Part shown: piece by piece, positions 19,830 through 31,184 of the stretch
How positions within the stretch are numbered: the first letter of the stretch is position 1
Layout of the letters: each line of letters starts with the position of its first letter
DNA from: an uncultured Pseudomonadota bacterium
GTDB lineage: Bacteria; Oederibacteriota; Muellerivitia; Muellerivitales; Muellerivitaceae
Length of the DNA stretch: 64,000 nt
Direction of reading: 5' to 3'
Assembly: GCA_963843375.1 (NCBI GenBank)
Contig: CAWJKT010000009.1
Location: forward strand, 1 to 64,000
The notes under the pieces: generated by a model
Told to the model about the DNA's origin: nothing
Database searches by the model: none
The model's input: only the letters and a program-made list of their open reading frames with translations
Made by a program: the position numbers and the translations under genes

Positions 19830-21055
19830 ATGAAAAAGAGAATATCTTGATTTTCGTGATCTTGATTTTATTGTCATTCAGGCGATGGTTTATCGCCAAG
19901 ACAAAACCGAGAACCACCCCACCCCAAGCCCAACGTCCAACCCCGGAGCCTAAAGCCCCGGTGGGTCCCGCCTCCCCATGTGGACAACGACTCTAAGGCC
20001 CTTAATGCGACCGTTGCGGCCCATTACGCGAGTGACGCATCCGGGAACCTTGGTTATTCCTTATTCGACCTTTCGGCGGTCCGAAAACTCGACGAGAACG
20101 ACGTTTCGGCCCAAGGGACCGTCCGGTTCATGAAAGCTTTTTCCAGTTCGGATGACGTCGGGGAACTCGAATTGAGGGAAGCCAATCTTTCCCTTTCCGA
20201 GCCCTGGATTGAGGTAAGGGTTGGGCCGGATGGATTTGTCCGATATCGTCAGCACCACCCACTTTTTCGGGCGTTATCCCCTAATGGGTTTAAGGCGGTT
20301 GGACGGAATCAAGGTTTATATCCCCTTCAAGTTCTTTTTCGGGGTGGAGGATTACAAGAGCGTTTCCAGCCCGCCGACTTCGTTAAGCTTCTTTTATTTT
20401 CCAACCCTTCTTTCGGCCCAGGACGCGGTCATTGACGGCTCCCAAGGGTTATTTCATGGGGCAGGCCCGGATGAAGCTCAATTTCGGGGATCTTCGGACG
20501 GTTCTTCTTTTCAACCTGGGGGCCAGCTCGTCGGATGATTTCCAATATTCCTCCATGAGTGGGAATCCGGCCTATTCCATTTGCGGGGAAGCAAATTTCT
20601 CCAGGGATTACACCCTTTACTTCGAATACGGGGTTCAGGATTCCGCCCATTCGGGCGACACGAACGCTTTCACTTTTGGGGGAAAGGCCGAGCACCTTTT
20701 CACCTTGGATTTCCTCTCCCTTGACCAAGTCATCCTGGAAGTCCAGGTTCCGATTGCCAACAATCCCAATAATCCATTTACCGGGGGGAACGGCATCAAT
20801 CCGTCGTCCGCAGGGCTGCCCCAGACCGCTTTGTATGGGAAGGCGCGGATTCGAATCCGCTCCATTTTCATCGATTTCAACATCACCGATTCCATGGGCG
20901 ATTTCACCTTCGCCCGGTTGAATCCCAACAACATCAACACCCCTTTGCCCATGCCGGTGGGTGGGGGGAACGAGACGGACGGGCTTGAAATCCCGCTTCT
21001 CTCACCCGGTTACAACAACTACGTCTTCAGCGTGGATACGGGGGTTCAGTTTTGA
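19830..21055 (+). CDS. Putative outer-membrane beta-barrel protein (indels)
   Basis: AGGAGG SD, signal peptide, amphipathic strands (ELREANLS..IEVRVGR), C-terminal VFSVDTGVQF. Confidence 0.6.
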
Positions 21056-21566
21056 AAGGAGCATTTCTTTTCATTATTTTTTTAATCTTGTTTCCAGGGC
21101 CTTGGCGCAGGACGGAACCCCTTTATGGCCGTCCGGGACAGGGACCAATGGGCCATTGAACAGGTCATGGAGCATAAGGCTCCCGATGGATTCATGGGCT
21201 GGAAATCCAAATGAAGGGAGGCACCCACCGGGGCAAAAAGACCTGCTCCAATTGCTCCCCCAACCGCGACTCCTTTTCAGACCCAAACTACAACTTCCAA
21301 ACCGAAACCGACCAAGCCAAGATCAACGCATCGCATTACGGATTTGGCGGTTCCAATTTCATCATCGATATTTCCTGCGACCAAACCATCCAGGGATGGC
21401 TTTTGAAAAGGCAATCCACCAGGCGAAGTTTTCCTGAAAGGGGGGACGCCCACGGACAACCCCTACAAATGCCGGATCACGGGTGGACCGGCCCTATATC
21501 AAGGATTTTGGACTGACCGTTTATGTCACCCAGGACAGCGATCCGGCTTTTATCCAACTTTTTTAG
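21052..21566 (+). CDS. Secreted hypothetical protein (indels)
   Basis: Signal-like N-terminus, coding pieces in shifting frames. Confidence 0.4.
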
Positions 21567-21575
21567 GCGGTAAAG

Positions 21576-22025
21576 ATGGAAAACCAAAAACAGAAAGTCG
21601 GAAAATTTAAAGACTTTTCATCCTTCTTTTTCAATGCCTTTCCGTCTTTTTCATTCCCTTTGCCGTTGTTTCTTTTTGTCCCTTTGGGAGTCCGGCTTTA
21701 TTACATCCTAATGCTGTTTTGGTTCTGGAAATGTCGTTTTCTTTTATTTATCTGGGTTTTCCTCGCCACCACCCTCTACATCATCAGGCCCGACCGGATT
21801 GAAATCAAAACCGGGATATTCGTCAAGCGGTCAAGATCCATTCCTTTCGACAAAATCATCAACATCACCTGCAAACAAAACATTGCCCAAAAGCTTTTCA
21901 GAATCGGGGACATTTTCATAGAAACTCCCGGAGGGAAACCTTTTGAATTGGCCTTGGCGGGTGTTGAAAGACCATGAGGAGGTGGCGGAATTTCTTTTTG
22001 CCTTGAAGAAAAGAGGCGAATATGA
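21576..22025 (+). CDS. Membrane protein with bacterial PH (bPH_2) domain
   Basis: Two TM segments then RIEIKTGIFVKRSRSIPFDKI..Q..QKLFRIGDIFIET. Confidence 0.8.
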
Positions 22026-22905
22026 AGGTCCTATTCATTCTTTGTTTTTTGATGTTTATTGTTGGGCTTGTCAATCTGGTTTTGGCCGACACCACTCCCG
22101 ACGATCCCAAAACGGAAGAGGCGTTGAAGGACAACGTCATCGATTTTAGGGATTGGTTGATGAAACAACTTTCCCAATTTCCCAAAGCCGATCCCGCATA
22201 ATACTGGGATGATCCTAAGAAATTATGCTTCTCATCCCACAGAAAAAATCGGTCATTCACTGCCAACCAATACAACCAGGCGGCCAAATCCGATTGGGTG
22301 AAATGCCAGGTTATGCAGGGCCTTTCCACCTTGAGCCAACAACTTGCCAATACGGCAGGGACGGCTTTTGCTCCCCAAAGCGCAAGCCAACTTCAACAAT
22401 ACTGCCACCCAATTGCAACAAAGCGACGACCCCCAGTTCCAACAGATTGGAACTCTTTACACCCAGGAAGCCCAGGCCTTGCAAGCGGGGAATATCCAGG
22501 GGGCCGACCAAGCGGCCAACCAGGTCGCCGCCGTTCCCCAGCCCTATGTTCCGCCCGGATACCAACCCACCCAAAACGAAAGCTCATTGGCCGCAAGCCT
22601 TCAACCAGGTCATCGGAACGGTCATCGCGCGGTCTTGGGCGGAGTTCTTGGAATTTATGGCGTGGCCCAAATATTGCAGGCCCTTGGAATCACCCAATTT
22701 GGGTTCGACTTTTGGGGGCGGGACAAGCATACCGGAAGTCCCTAGCGACAGGCCAGAATCCCGGAACGGCGCTTAACAACGGCGGGAGCCAACGTCGCAT
22801 CAAACGGGGGGGGAGCGTTGCATGCAACAATTGGGAAGCGTCAACGTGAAACCACTTCAACCCCAAGGTTCCGCAAACGCGGGTGGGGCACCACCAGCCC
22901 AATAA
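22022..22905 (+). CDS. Secreted helical Q/A-rich protein, possibly minor pilin/VirB5-like (indels)
   Basis: Signal peptide ending VLA-D; Q/A-rich helices; position before pilin. Confidence 0.4.
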
Positions 22906-22929
22906 ATATCAAGGAGTCGGAGAAATTAA

Positions 22930-23293
22930 ATGAAAAAAAGAAACTGTTATGAATTTGGATAAAGCGGTTGGGATCACGGCTTGTCTTTTCATGTTTGCGG
23001 GTAAGGCCAGTGCCCAAGCCTTACCAGTATGCCGGAATTATCCCCGGTCAAGACTGATCATCCTTTTTCTCCTGGACGCTTATGGCCTTTGGAAGATTTT
23101 GCAGTGCGTCAAGAACGTCCTGGATCATCTGGCCGATTCCAGCAAGGGGGATCCGACGGCCAAGGATAGGATTTGGGGAAGCGTCCTTGCCATCATCGGA
23201 ATCCTCATGGTGGGAGTTGTTTTGAATGTCTTCATTCTCAAGGCGGGTGAATTCGGGGCGAGACCGGTTAGTTCCGTCTTGTCCGGAAATTGA
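22930..23293 (+). CDS. VirB2/TrbC-like pilin
   Basis: ASA-Q signal, two hydrophobic helices around GDPTAKDRIW; precedes VirB6-like gene. Confidence 0.55.
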
Positions 23294-23298
23294 ATGTC

Positions 23299-25218
23299 AT
23301 GAAAAAAGTTTCTTCACTCCTTATCTTTATTTGTCTTTTGGGTGCCTCCACGGCTTTTGGCGTTATCGGTTTTATCCACCGATAGCGGCCCCTCCAGCAG
23401 ACAATCGAGCAGGGAGTCTCGGCTGGGATTTTCGATTCCATGGCGAAACACGCGGGGGATTGGGTCGCCAATGGGATGAACAAGATCGGGAATTGGGCTT
23501 TGCAGACTTTATTCGGGATTTACGACAAATATATCGGCACCTTCCTGATTATACATTCCCGAATTTGGCATCTCCCCAATACCTACACGGCCTTAGCCAA
23601 TGGTTCACTCAATACGGCCGCCAACGCCGTCCAAGTGGTTTTGAATATCTTGAAGATCACCAGTGGGACAGGACTTTTCATCCTCATAGTGGGGTTTGTG
23701 ATCGACACGGGGCAGAGGTCATCCGGCCTTTGGAATAGGTTTGTGGACCTGGATCATCGTGATCGGATTCGTGGCGGCTTTTCTTTGTCTTTTCGGCTTG
23801 GCCGACCGTTCTTTCCTACCTGACCACCGGCGTGACGGCGATGGGTTATTACATCTACAACCAGAACACATTGAGGACTTCGGGGGTTTTGGAGGGTTTC
23901 CAGAATATCGACCTGAATTCGGGTGGTGTAGACAACGTCCTTCCAATTGTCCCAATATGACTTCCGGGGAAATTTCATCACGGTCCAGGGAATCATTTGG
24001 AATCTTATTTATCTTATTTCCATTATGGTTGGTGGTCATTGGTTTTTACAACTGTTATTCGGCGGTTTCGGCGGGGGATTCCCAGAAAGGGAATTATAGG
24101 TTTTTCCAGGCCATGGCCGGGATCATTCTGATTCTTGGAATTCCCACGCTTGTCCACGTTTTCATCGCAAAAGGAGCAGATGCGATCGGGAGCCAACCGG
24201 TCATCCCGGGCCAGACCCTTACACCTTTTTCCCTCCAAGGGTTGGTCCAGGATAACGGGATTCAATATCCCCAACAACAGGGCAAGCTTCCCCCAACATA
24301 GGAACGGCGGGCAACATACCCAGTTCCACCGACAAGCCGTTTAGCGATATTTTCGGCGGGGCTTACTGAAATGTGGGGTTGCCATTTGGGGACTCATCGT
24401 CTGTTTTTCGGTCATTTTCGCAAAGTTTTTCCAGGTGTTGAATCTGTGGGTCATGTTCATCCTTGGCCCCATCTTCATCGGTTGTTTGGGCACCCCGCCA
24501 CCGCCTCTATTTTTTGGGGCGCGGCCCGTTACTTCATGAAACTCCTTCTTTATTCCGTGATTTGGGCCATCACCCTAGTCGGCCTTTACCTGATCCCAAA
24601 CATCAATTGGGGGGTGGAAACCATTGGGGTGAACAGCCTTTTGACGGCGGTGGCGGTACTTGGCCGGCCTTCAACTGATCGCCAACGCCCAGGAATTCGC
24701 TTCCTTATTCACTACCTTTTCAGGAGCAAACCTGAAAGGGGAAGGTTACAAGGAATTCTCCCGTGACACCAAGGCAGCCGTTGGGTCGGCAAATCAAGCA
24801 AGGCTTGGAACTTTTGGGGCAATGCAAAGCGCAACAGGTGAAACCAGTCAAGGCATGGCCGCCGCCACTGGTGCGGCCGTTGGTTCCATTATTCCCGGAG
24901 TTGGGACAGCGAGCGGAGCCTTGGCCGGGCAAAGGACGATGAAGGGTTTGAACGCATTGGCCAAATTGGGTGGCGATGGGCGGAAAACCCAAGTATGAGG
25001 AAGAATCGGACAATCCGGTTTCAAAGTTTCTTAAAAAGTTTTCAGGCAATGTGATTTCCAAGAGACTTGCAAAAGAAGATCCAACAAGACAAGAACCTAT
25101 TCACCAGATGAAAGGAAAAAACGCCAACTCGTTTGCGAATACGCAAAAAAACTCCAAGGCAAGAAACCAGAATCCAAAGCCGGGAGATCAGGGACCAAAA
25201 GGGAAGAGGACTGTCTAA
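23299..25218 (+). CDS. VirB6/TrbL-like polytopic membrane protein (many indels)
   Basis: Multiple TMs, ILGPIFIGC-type segment, G/A-rich cytoplasmic tail (GAAVGSIIPGVGTASGA). Confidence 0.6.
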
Positions 25219-25510
25219 ATGGCGATACCCTTAGAGAAGGAATCCAAAATGTGGGGGCTCTTTTATTCCTCCGATTTCAACAAGCTGATGTTCGTCATTA
25301 TCGGGGACGCCTTTGCCTTCATGGTTTTTTTCATTTTTTGGGGCCTTGAAGGGGCGCTTGTTCTTTTCTTCGCAACCTGACCCTCGTGACCACTTATTTC
25401 GTCATGAAGAGTTTTTGGCCCGAAAAACACTTTGAAAACATCATCCGTTACCACAACGAACCAAAACAATATTTTCCCGGTGGGGAACCAAGCGAGTTGG
25501 AACATGAGAA
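25219..25510 (+). CDS. VirB3/PrgI-like small membrane protein (indel)
   Basis: PLEKESKMWGL + two TMs directly before VirB4. Confidence 0.5.
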
Positions 25511-28107
25511 ATTATTTTCAAACCAAAAAAGAAGCCGGATTCGGTGGCGGGGCTACTCAGGATAAGATCGGTGGGGCCGGGTTACATCGTTTTAAGGAAC
25601 CCGGAGCAATATGTCTGTATTTTTAAGATTGCTGGAGGGTTGAATCCTTGGATGGAAGACCCGGACGTTTTAGGGGAAAAGGTCAGGAAAGCTTGATTCG
25701 ATTCTTATCGGATTTGAGAAGCGGCGAGGAAGTCCAATTCCTGACTAAAAGGGTTTTGGCCGATGCTGAAGCCGCGATTGAAACGTTTGACGAAAGGATT
25801 CACGAGAATGCCCCGGAAGTTTTCAGAAACCAATACCCGGAGTTTTTGAGGAATTGGCTCAGACGGTTTTATGACGCAGGAGAAGATTTGTCATTACCGA
25901 TCATATGTTCTCTTTACCGTTCCGCCACCCCAATCTTCAAAACCCAACAAAGGATTTCTTGAGGATTGAGGAAGTGCTTCGGCGGGGGAAATCCTGGGCT
26001 TCCCAACTCAATATGGTGGGAATGGAAGCGTCAGGAACCAACCGAAGAGGAAATTTATCACCTTCTTTATGAGGAGTTATCCCTGCAAAGATTTCATGGG
26101 AATCCTGAAAGGTTCAAGAAGCTGGGTTTCTCGGGGGTGAATATGGGCTTACAAACCTTACGGGAAATGCTGATCACCTACCCTTGGGATTTCAGCGATC
26201 CGACTTTTTTCAAGGTTGGGGATATCTTTGGCAAAACCCTCTATGTGACTGAATTCCCTTCTTTCAACGAACAGAACCTTTTCTTCCAGGAACTTTACGA
26301 GCAAACCGATGATTTCAAAATTTCCCTTTTCGCCAAAGGTGTGGACTTCTTTCGCGCCCAAGCCATTGTGGAAAAACAGATCCAAAGCGACCAAGGGGCC
26401 TTGTGGAAAAGAAAGAACGTCATGAATTTCGAGGCCAAAGCGGCCTTGGATTATCGCCAAAGCGTTCTTTCCCTTGTTTCGGAAAGAAAAACATCTCTCG
26501 CCAAGTTTTCCCTCTATGTAACCCTGTTTTCGGATAATCCAAAAAACTTATGTCCAGTTATGAGAGTCTTATCCCGGATGTTCAAGAACGTCCATCCCTT
26601 ATCCGGTTACGCCGAACAGAAAAGACTTTTTCTTTCAACTATTCCCCAGGCAACCGATGTGGCCGGACCATGAACATCTTCAAGCCACGGCGGTTATCGC
26701 AAACGCCATTCCTTGTCTGTATGACCCCATTGGCGGACACGGATGGGGTTCCAATTGGGAAAACCCTTTCCGGCGAAATGGTTCATTTGGATTTATGGGG
26801 CAGGGAAACGGAAAACTGGAACGTTCTGGTAGTGGGTTCTTCCGGCACGGGCAAATCTTTCACCATCAACCAGCTTCTCATCAAGAACCTTGCCGATGAA
26901 CCCCTACGTCATGATTATCGACAAATCCCAATCTTATAAAACCCTTTGCCGGTTGGCTGGTGGCCGTTATCTCAATTACGACTTGGAGAGCAAGCACCAC
27001 TTGAACATCTTTGATTATCCCCTTGGATGAGATAAAGGCATTGGACGGGGAGATCGATCCGGACCATATCGCCAGCATCATCATGTATTTGGGAGTGGTT
27101 CTTGCCAATATCAAGGAAAACCGGATTGAGGAAGCTGAGGAATTGGACAAGGCCCTTCTCCAAGAGGCGGTAAAACAAACCTATCGGAACTGCATCGGCG
27201 AGGAACGAGTTCCTCTCTTGATCTGACCTCAAGGAAACCCTTTTAAAGAGGGCCGACGACAAGAAAGTTCCGGCCGAATTCCAATACATCTGCCGGAAAC
27301 AAGCCGAAGTCTTGAAACTTTTTACCGGCAAGGGAATGTACGCCAACCTGACCGATCGGGAATCGACTGTCAACGCGGACAATTCTTTCATCGTTTTCGA
27401 CACTTCGGGTATCAGCGACAACGACAAAAAGGCGGTGGGTTTGGCCGTTTTCGTCATTTCCAATTATTGCCTTAATAAGGCAAAGCAGAACAAGGAATTG
27501 AACCGCCTTTCCCAACTGGCCATGGATGAATGCTGGTATTTGGCCCAATATCCCGCTGGTTTGGCCTTCCTACTTCGAATCGCAAAGACCGCCCGGCATT
27601 TGAGGCTTCAACCCATTTTCGCCACCCAGGAAATCGGAGAGTTTTTCGGGGTGAAGGGTGTTGAAGCAATCCTCAAAAACACTTCCACAAAAATACTTTT
27701 AAAGCTGGTCGGGGACGACATTGACCACGCCAAAGGACTTCTTCAACTCAATCCCAACCCAAGTGGAAAAGGTGATGAACCTCCATTTGGTCAAAGGGGT
27801 TTATTCCCAAGCCTTGATCCACCAAACCCTTCGCCAGGGAATCGTGAACATTTATCCCGATGAATTGGCTTACCACATCGCAACCACTTACGGCCCCGAA
27901 GCGGCTATCCGTGACCATTACCTTGAAACCTATGCGACCGAGGAAGACCCGTTAACGACTTTGGGAGCCATCGCCAAATGGATTGAGGACAAGGAAAACA
28001 ACAGTGTCTTGAAACCAATCGTCAAGGAACAAGACAAATTGCCAATAGTCAAAGAAAGCGGAAGAGGTATTGATGAAATGACGGAACCGAAGAAAAAGAT
28101 GATTTGA
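25504..28107 (+). CDS. VirB4/TraC-family ATPase (split by indels)
   Basis: GVPIG..HLDLW..NWNVLVVGSSGTGKSF (Walker A), IIDKS, LAMDECW (Walker B), ARH..IFATQ. Confidence 0.85.
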
Positions 28108-28681
28108 AATTCTTGGAAAAGTTGGATGAGGAACCGAAGAAAAACTGGTTACACCCCCACAATTCTTGATTGCTATTGCGTTTGTTGGGCTTGGAATCGC
28201 GACGACTCTTTTGTGGGGGAGGACGAAGATTTTGAATTCCCCTAAAACCGAACGTATCAGACACGAAGGACCAACAAGCGGTCAAGTCAGGACGCCCAAT
28301 ATGCCGACGTAATCAACTTTGCCGAAAAATTCACCATCATGGTTTTCAACGTGAGTTATACGGATATCAACCACCAGGAAGACAAAGTGGCGAACCTTGA
28401 TGAGCGACAACATGATGTCCTACTACCAGGAGGCTTTTCTTGACCCCAAATGGGTTGCCTTCCTTACAGACAACAAGGCCTATGTTACCTACCAGGGAAT
28501 TGAACGGTCAACGGTCGAGAACACCGATGGAACCCATTATTGGGTCCGGGTGATTGGTAAATGCCTCTACAACTCCGATGCCAGAGGTTTTGGCTCCCAA
28601 ATTGAATTGCCGTTCCACTTAGTTGTAGTCGTCAAGAAGGACAACGGAAAACTAATCGTTACGGATTTTCAAAGGTTATAG
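28078..28681 (+). CDS. Bitopic VirB8/NTF2-like conjugation protein (indels)
   Basis: One TM, VINFAEKF..FNVSY, YWVRVIG, C-terminal GKLIVTDF. Confidence 0.5.
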
Positions 28682-28683
28682 CG

Positions 28684-29028
28684 ATGGAAGATCTTATTTT
28701 ACGGATTAATCCTCAAATTGCTCGGCGCTACCTGCAAGCGGCCAATTTTTACTTTGTGACCGATAGTTATCTTGATGCTTTGAAAAAATTTGAAGGCCTT
28801 TTGGTTGGACACGAAAAGGAAGGGTATTCCGAAACGCCTTGGATATATGCCAAGTTCAAAAAGCCTAACCTCGTTTTAAAAACCATAAATCGAATCAACG
28901 AATTCTTTCCAACCTTCACAAAAAGAATTGCCTTTGTCGCTAGAGCCCAATTTTTACTTGGGATTTACCTGTTTTATGTCAAAGACGACCACGGAAAGTT
29001 AATCATCACGGATTTTAAAAGGCTTTAA
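28684..29028 (+). CDS. Chimeric TPR-like ORF from tandem duplication
   Basis: N-part parallels 29032 gene, C-end parallels end of the 28681 gene. Confidence 0.6.
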   Translation: MEDLILRINPQIARRYLQAANFYFVTDSYLDALKKFEGLLVGHEKEGYSETPWIYAKFKKPNLVLKTINRINEFFPTFTKRIAFVARAQFLLGIYLFYVKDDHGKLIITDFKRL

Positions 29029-29031
29029 TCG

Positions 29032-30557
29032 ATGGAAGATAACGTATTGCAGATAAACCCGGAATTAGCCCGAAGATGCCTTCAATCTGCCCATCTATAT
29101 ATGGAAACAAACCGTTACCGTGAGGCTTTGAAGCTTTTTGATGACGTTATTGGCAAACACCAACCCCAAAACATTGAAGCCCATCTGGAATCGGCAAAGA
29201 TTTATGCCAAGTTCAAAAAGCCTAATTCCATATTAAAGGTAATAACCCGTCTCCATAATTTCGCTGAAAAAACTCCCGAAAGTCTTGTATTGCTTGGCTA
29301 GAGCCCAATTTCTTCTTGAGCTTTATAGCGATTGCGAGGAAACGCTTAAAGAAATCTTTTTCAAGACGAGAGACTTTCCCGAAGCAGTCGCCTTGGAAGG
29401 GGAATTGTGTATCCATACCGGGAAATACGAAGTCGCGATTGAAAAGTTTGAAAGTCTTAAGCACTCGATATCCCAAGAATTACAACTATCTAGCCCTTTT
29501 GGCCCTTGCCCAATATGTAGGCGGACGATACCACCGAACAATTACCAATTGCACCACGATCATGAAAACCGGGTTTGCCGATCCCAAAGTCACGAAATTG
29601 TACGAAATGGCGAGAAAAAAGAAACGCCGCGAAGCATTGGGAAAGTTGAGAAAGGTTAAACCCCTCAAGTGGCTTTTTGCCCAATTGTTTGACCCGTTTC
29701 TGGAAAGCGAAATGAGGGCTGAATCGCAAAGCCAAACAACTCATGAAGATCTTGTTCAAGAAACATTGGTGGACCACCGAACGGGCCTTTTAAATGACAG
29801 GGCGGCTACACAACAAATACCCGCCCTTGCCGCCCGGAGAAAGTACCAATTTTTCTTGACCATGGCCGATATCGACTTTTTCAAATCTTTCAACGACGTC
29901 CATTACAACCATCAAGTCGGAAACGCTGTTTTAAAAGCCCTCGCAAAGGCGGGACAGAAAATATTCTCCAAAAACAATATTTGGCGATATGGCGGGGAAG
30001 AAATTGTTTGGGTCTTGGACGGTATCCGAAGACCAAGCAATCGAAAAAGCGGAACAATTCAGGAAGTATTGCGAAGAAAAGCGTGGTCGAAGAAGCAAAT
30101 GAGATTATCAAAAAAGAAGGAATTAAACATTTTGCGGACGGCTTGGATCATAAAAAAGATGAAGTCTTCTATATCTACTATCCCGTAACCATCAGCCAAG
30201 CCATTGTTCAATGGGGTGAGGACGGGACAAACCTGGAAAGCGTACTAACGGCGGCGGATAAGGGCCTTTATACCGCAAAGGAAAGCGGTCGAAATTCGGT
30301 TGTCTATAGAGGCGAGCCCTCAAGAGTAGCGGGAAACGCCCATTAAGTACACGCCTGAAATGCTCGGAATTCTCCACGAACAATCCATCAAAAAAGGTTC
30401 GCCCCATTGGTGGGCTCACATTAAAGGCCTTTCCGAGAAGGCGCGGGAAGAAGCCCTTGAGTACGCGAGGAACACTTTAAGCGACAAGGAGGTACCTCCA
30501 AAAAATAATTTATGGCGTTGGTCTAAAACAAAAAAAGGAGAAAGAACATGGGCTTAA
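29032..30557 (+). CDS. TPR-containing diguanylate cyclase (GGEEI), indels
   Basis: TPR helices; DHRTGLLN, ADIDFFKSFND, GNAVL, RYGGEEI, ADKGLYTAKESGRN. Confidence 0.85.
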
Positions 30558-30850
30558 AAGTCAGGATTACCAGGATGTATCCGTATGACGGGGAACACAC
30601 GAAGGCTTTTGTGGGGGCCAAGGTCCTAATATCCGGGCGTGTCTTTGGTTACAACGAATTGACACTTGTGAAAAAGAAGGAAGGCAATGGTTTGTTTCTT
30701 GGTCTTCCCTCAAGACCCGGAAGACAGGAGGGGGAATACCACGACATTTGTTATATGGACCCGAACACTCGGAAGGAAATTGAAAAAATCGCCATTTTGG
30801 AATACGAAAAAAAGGTAAAGGAAAACAAAACCTCGGAAAAACAGGATTAA
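30548..30850 (+). CDS. spoVG: SpoVG-family nucleic-acid-binding protein
   Basis: KAF...GLFLGLPSR...GEYHDIC....RKEI. Confidence 0.8.
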   Translation: MGLKVRITRMYPYDGEHTKAFVGAKVLISGRVFGYNELTLVKKKEGNGLFLGLPSRPGRQEGEYHDICYMDPNTRKEIEKIAILEYEKKVKENKTSEKQD

Positions 30851-30908
30851 GTGAGAAGCAATTCTTTCCTTTTCAAAAACCGTTTTAAGGGTCTGGCGGA
30901 GGGAAATC

Positions 30909-31184
30909 ATGTCCGAACGTAGAAGTGGAGACAGGCGGAATAAGATTCAAAATCGCCTTTTGAGCGACAAACAGGTCGCTGAATTGGCAGGGGTTCCGGT
31001 CAATACCGTTCGTAAGTGGAGACAGATTGGAACCCTACCCTTTGTCAAAGTCGGTCGTCATCCGAGGGTTTGGATGTCGGAATTCGAAAAAACTTTCCAT
31101 CAGCCAAAGCCAAATGGCCCTTGGGAACAAATCCCTGATGATGGTAAAATACCAGGTGCTGGGAACATTAGGAGGAAGTTATGA
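30909..31184 (+). CDS. Excisionase/MerR-like HTH_17 protein
   Basis: LLSDKQVAELAGVPVNTVRKW....LPFVKVGR; coupled to integrase. Confidence 0.85.
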   Translation: MSERRSGDRRNKIQNRLLSDKQVAELAGVPVNTVRKWRQIGTLPFVKVGRHPRVWMSEFEKTFHQPKPNGPWEQIPDDGKIPGAGNIRRKL

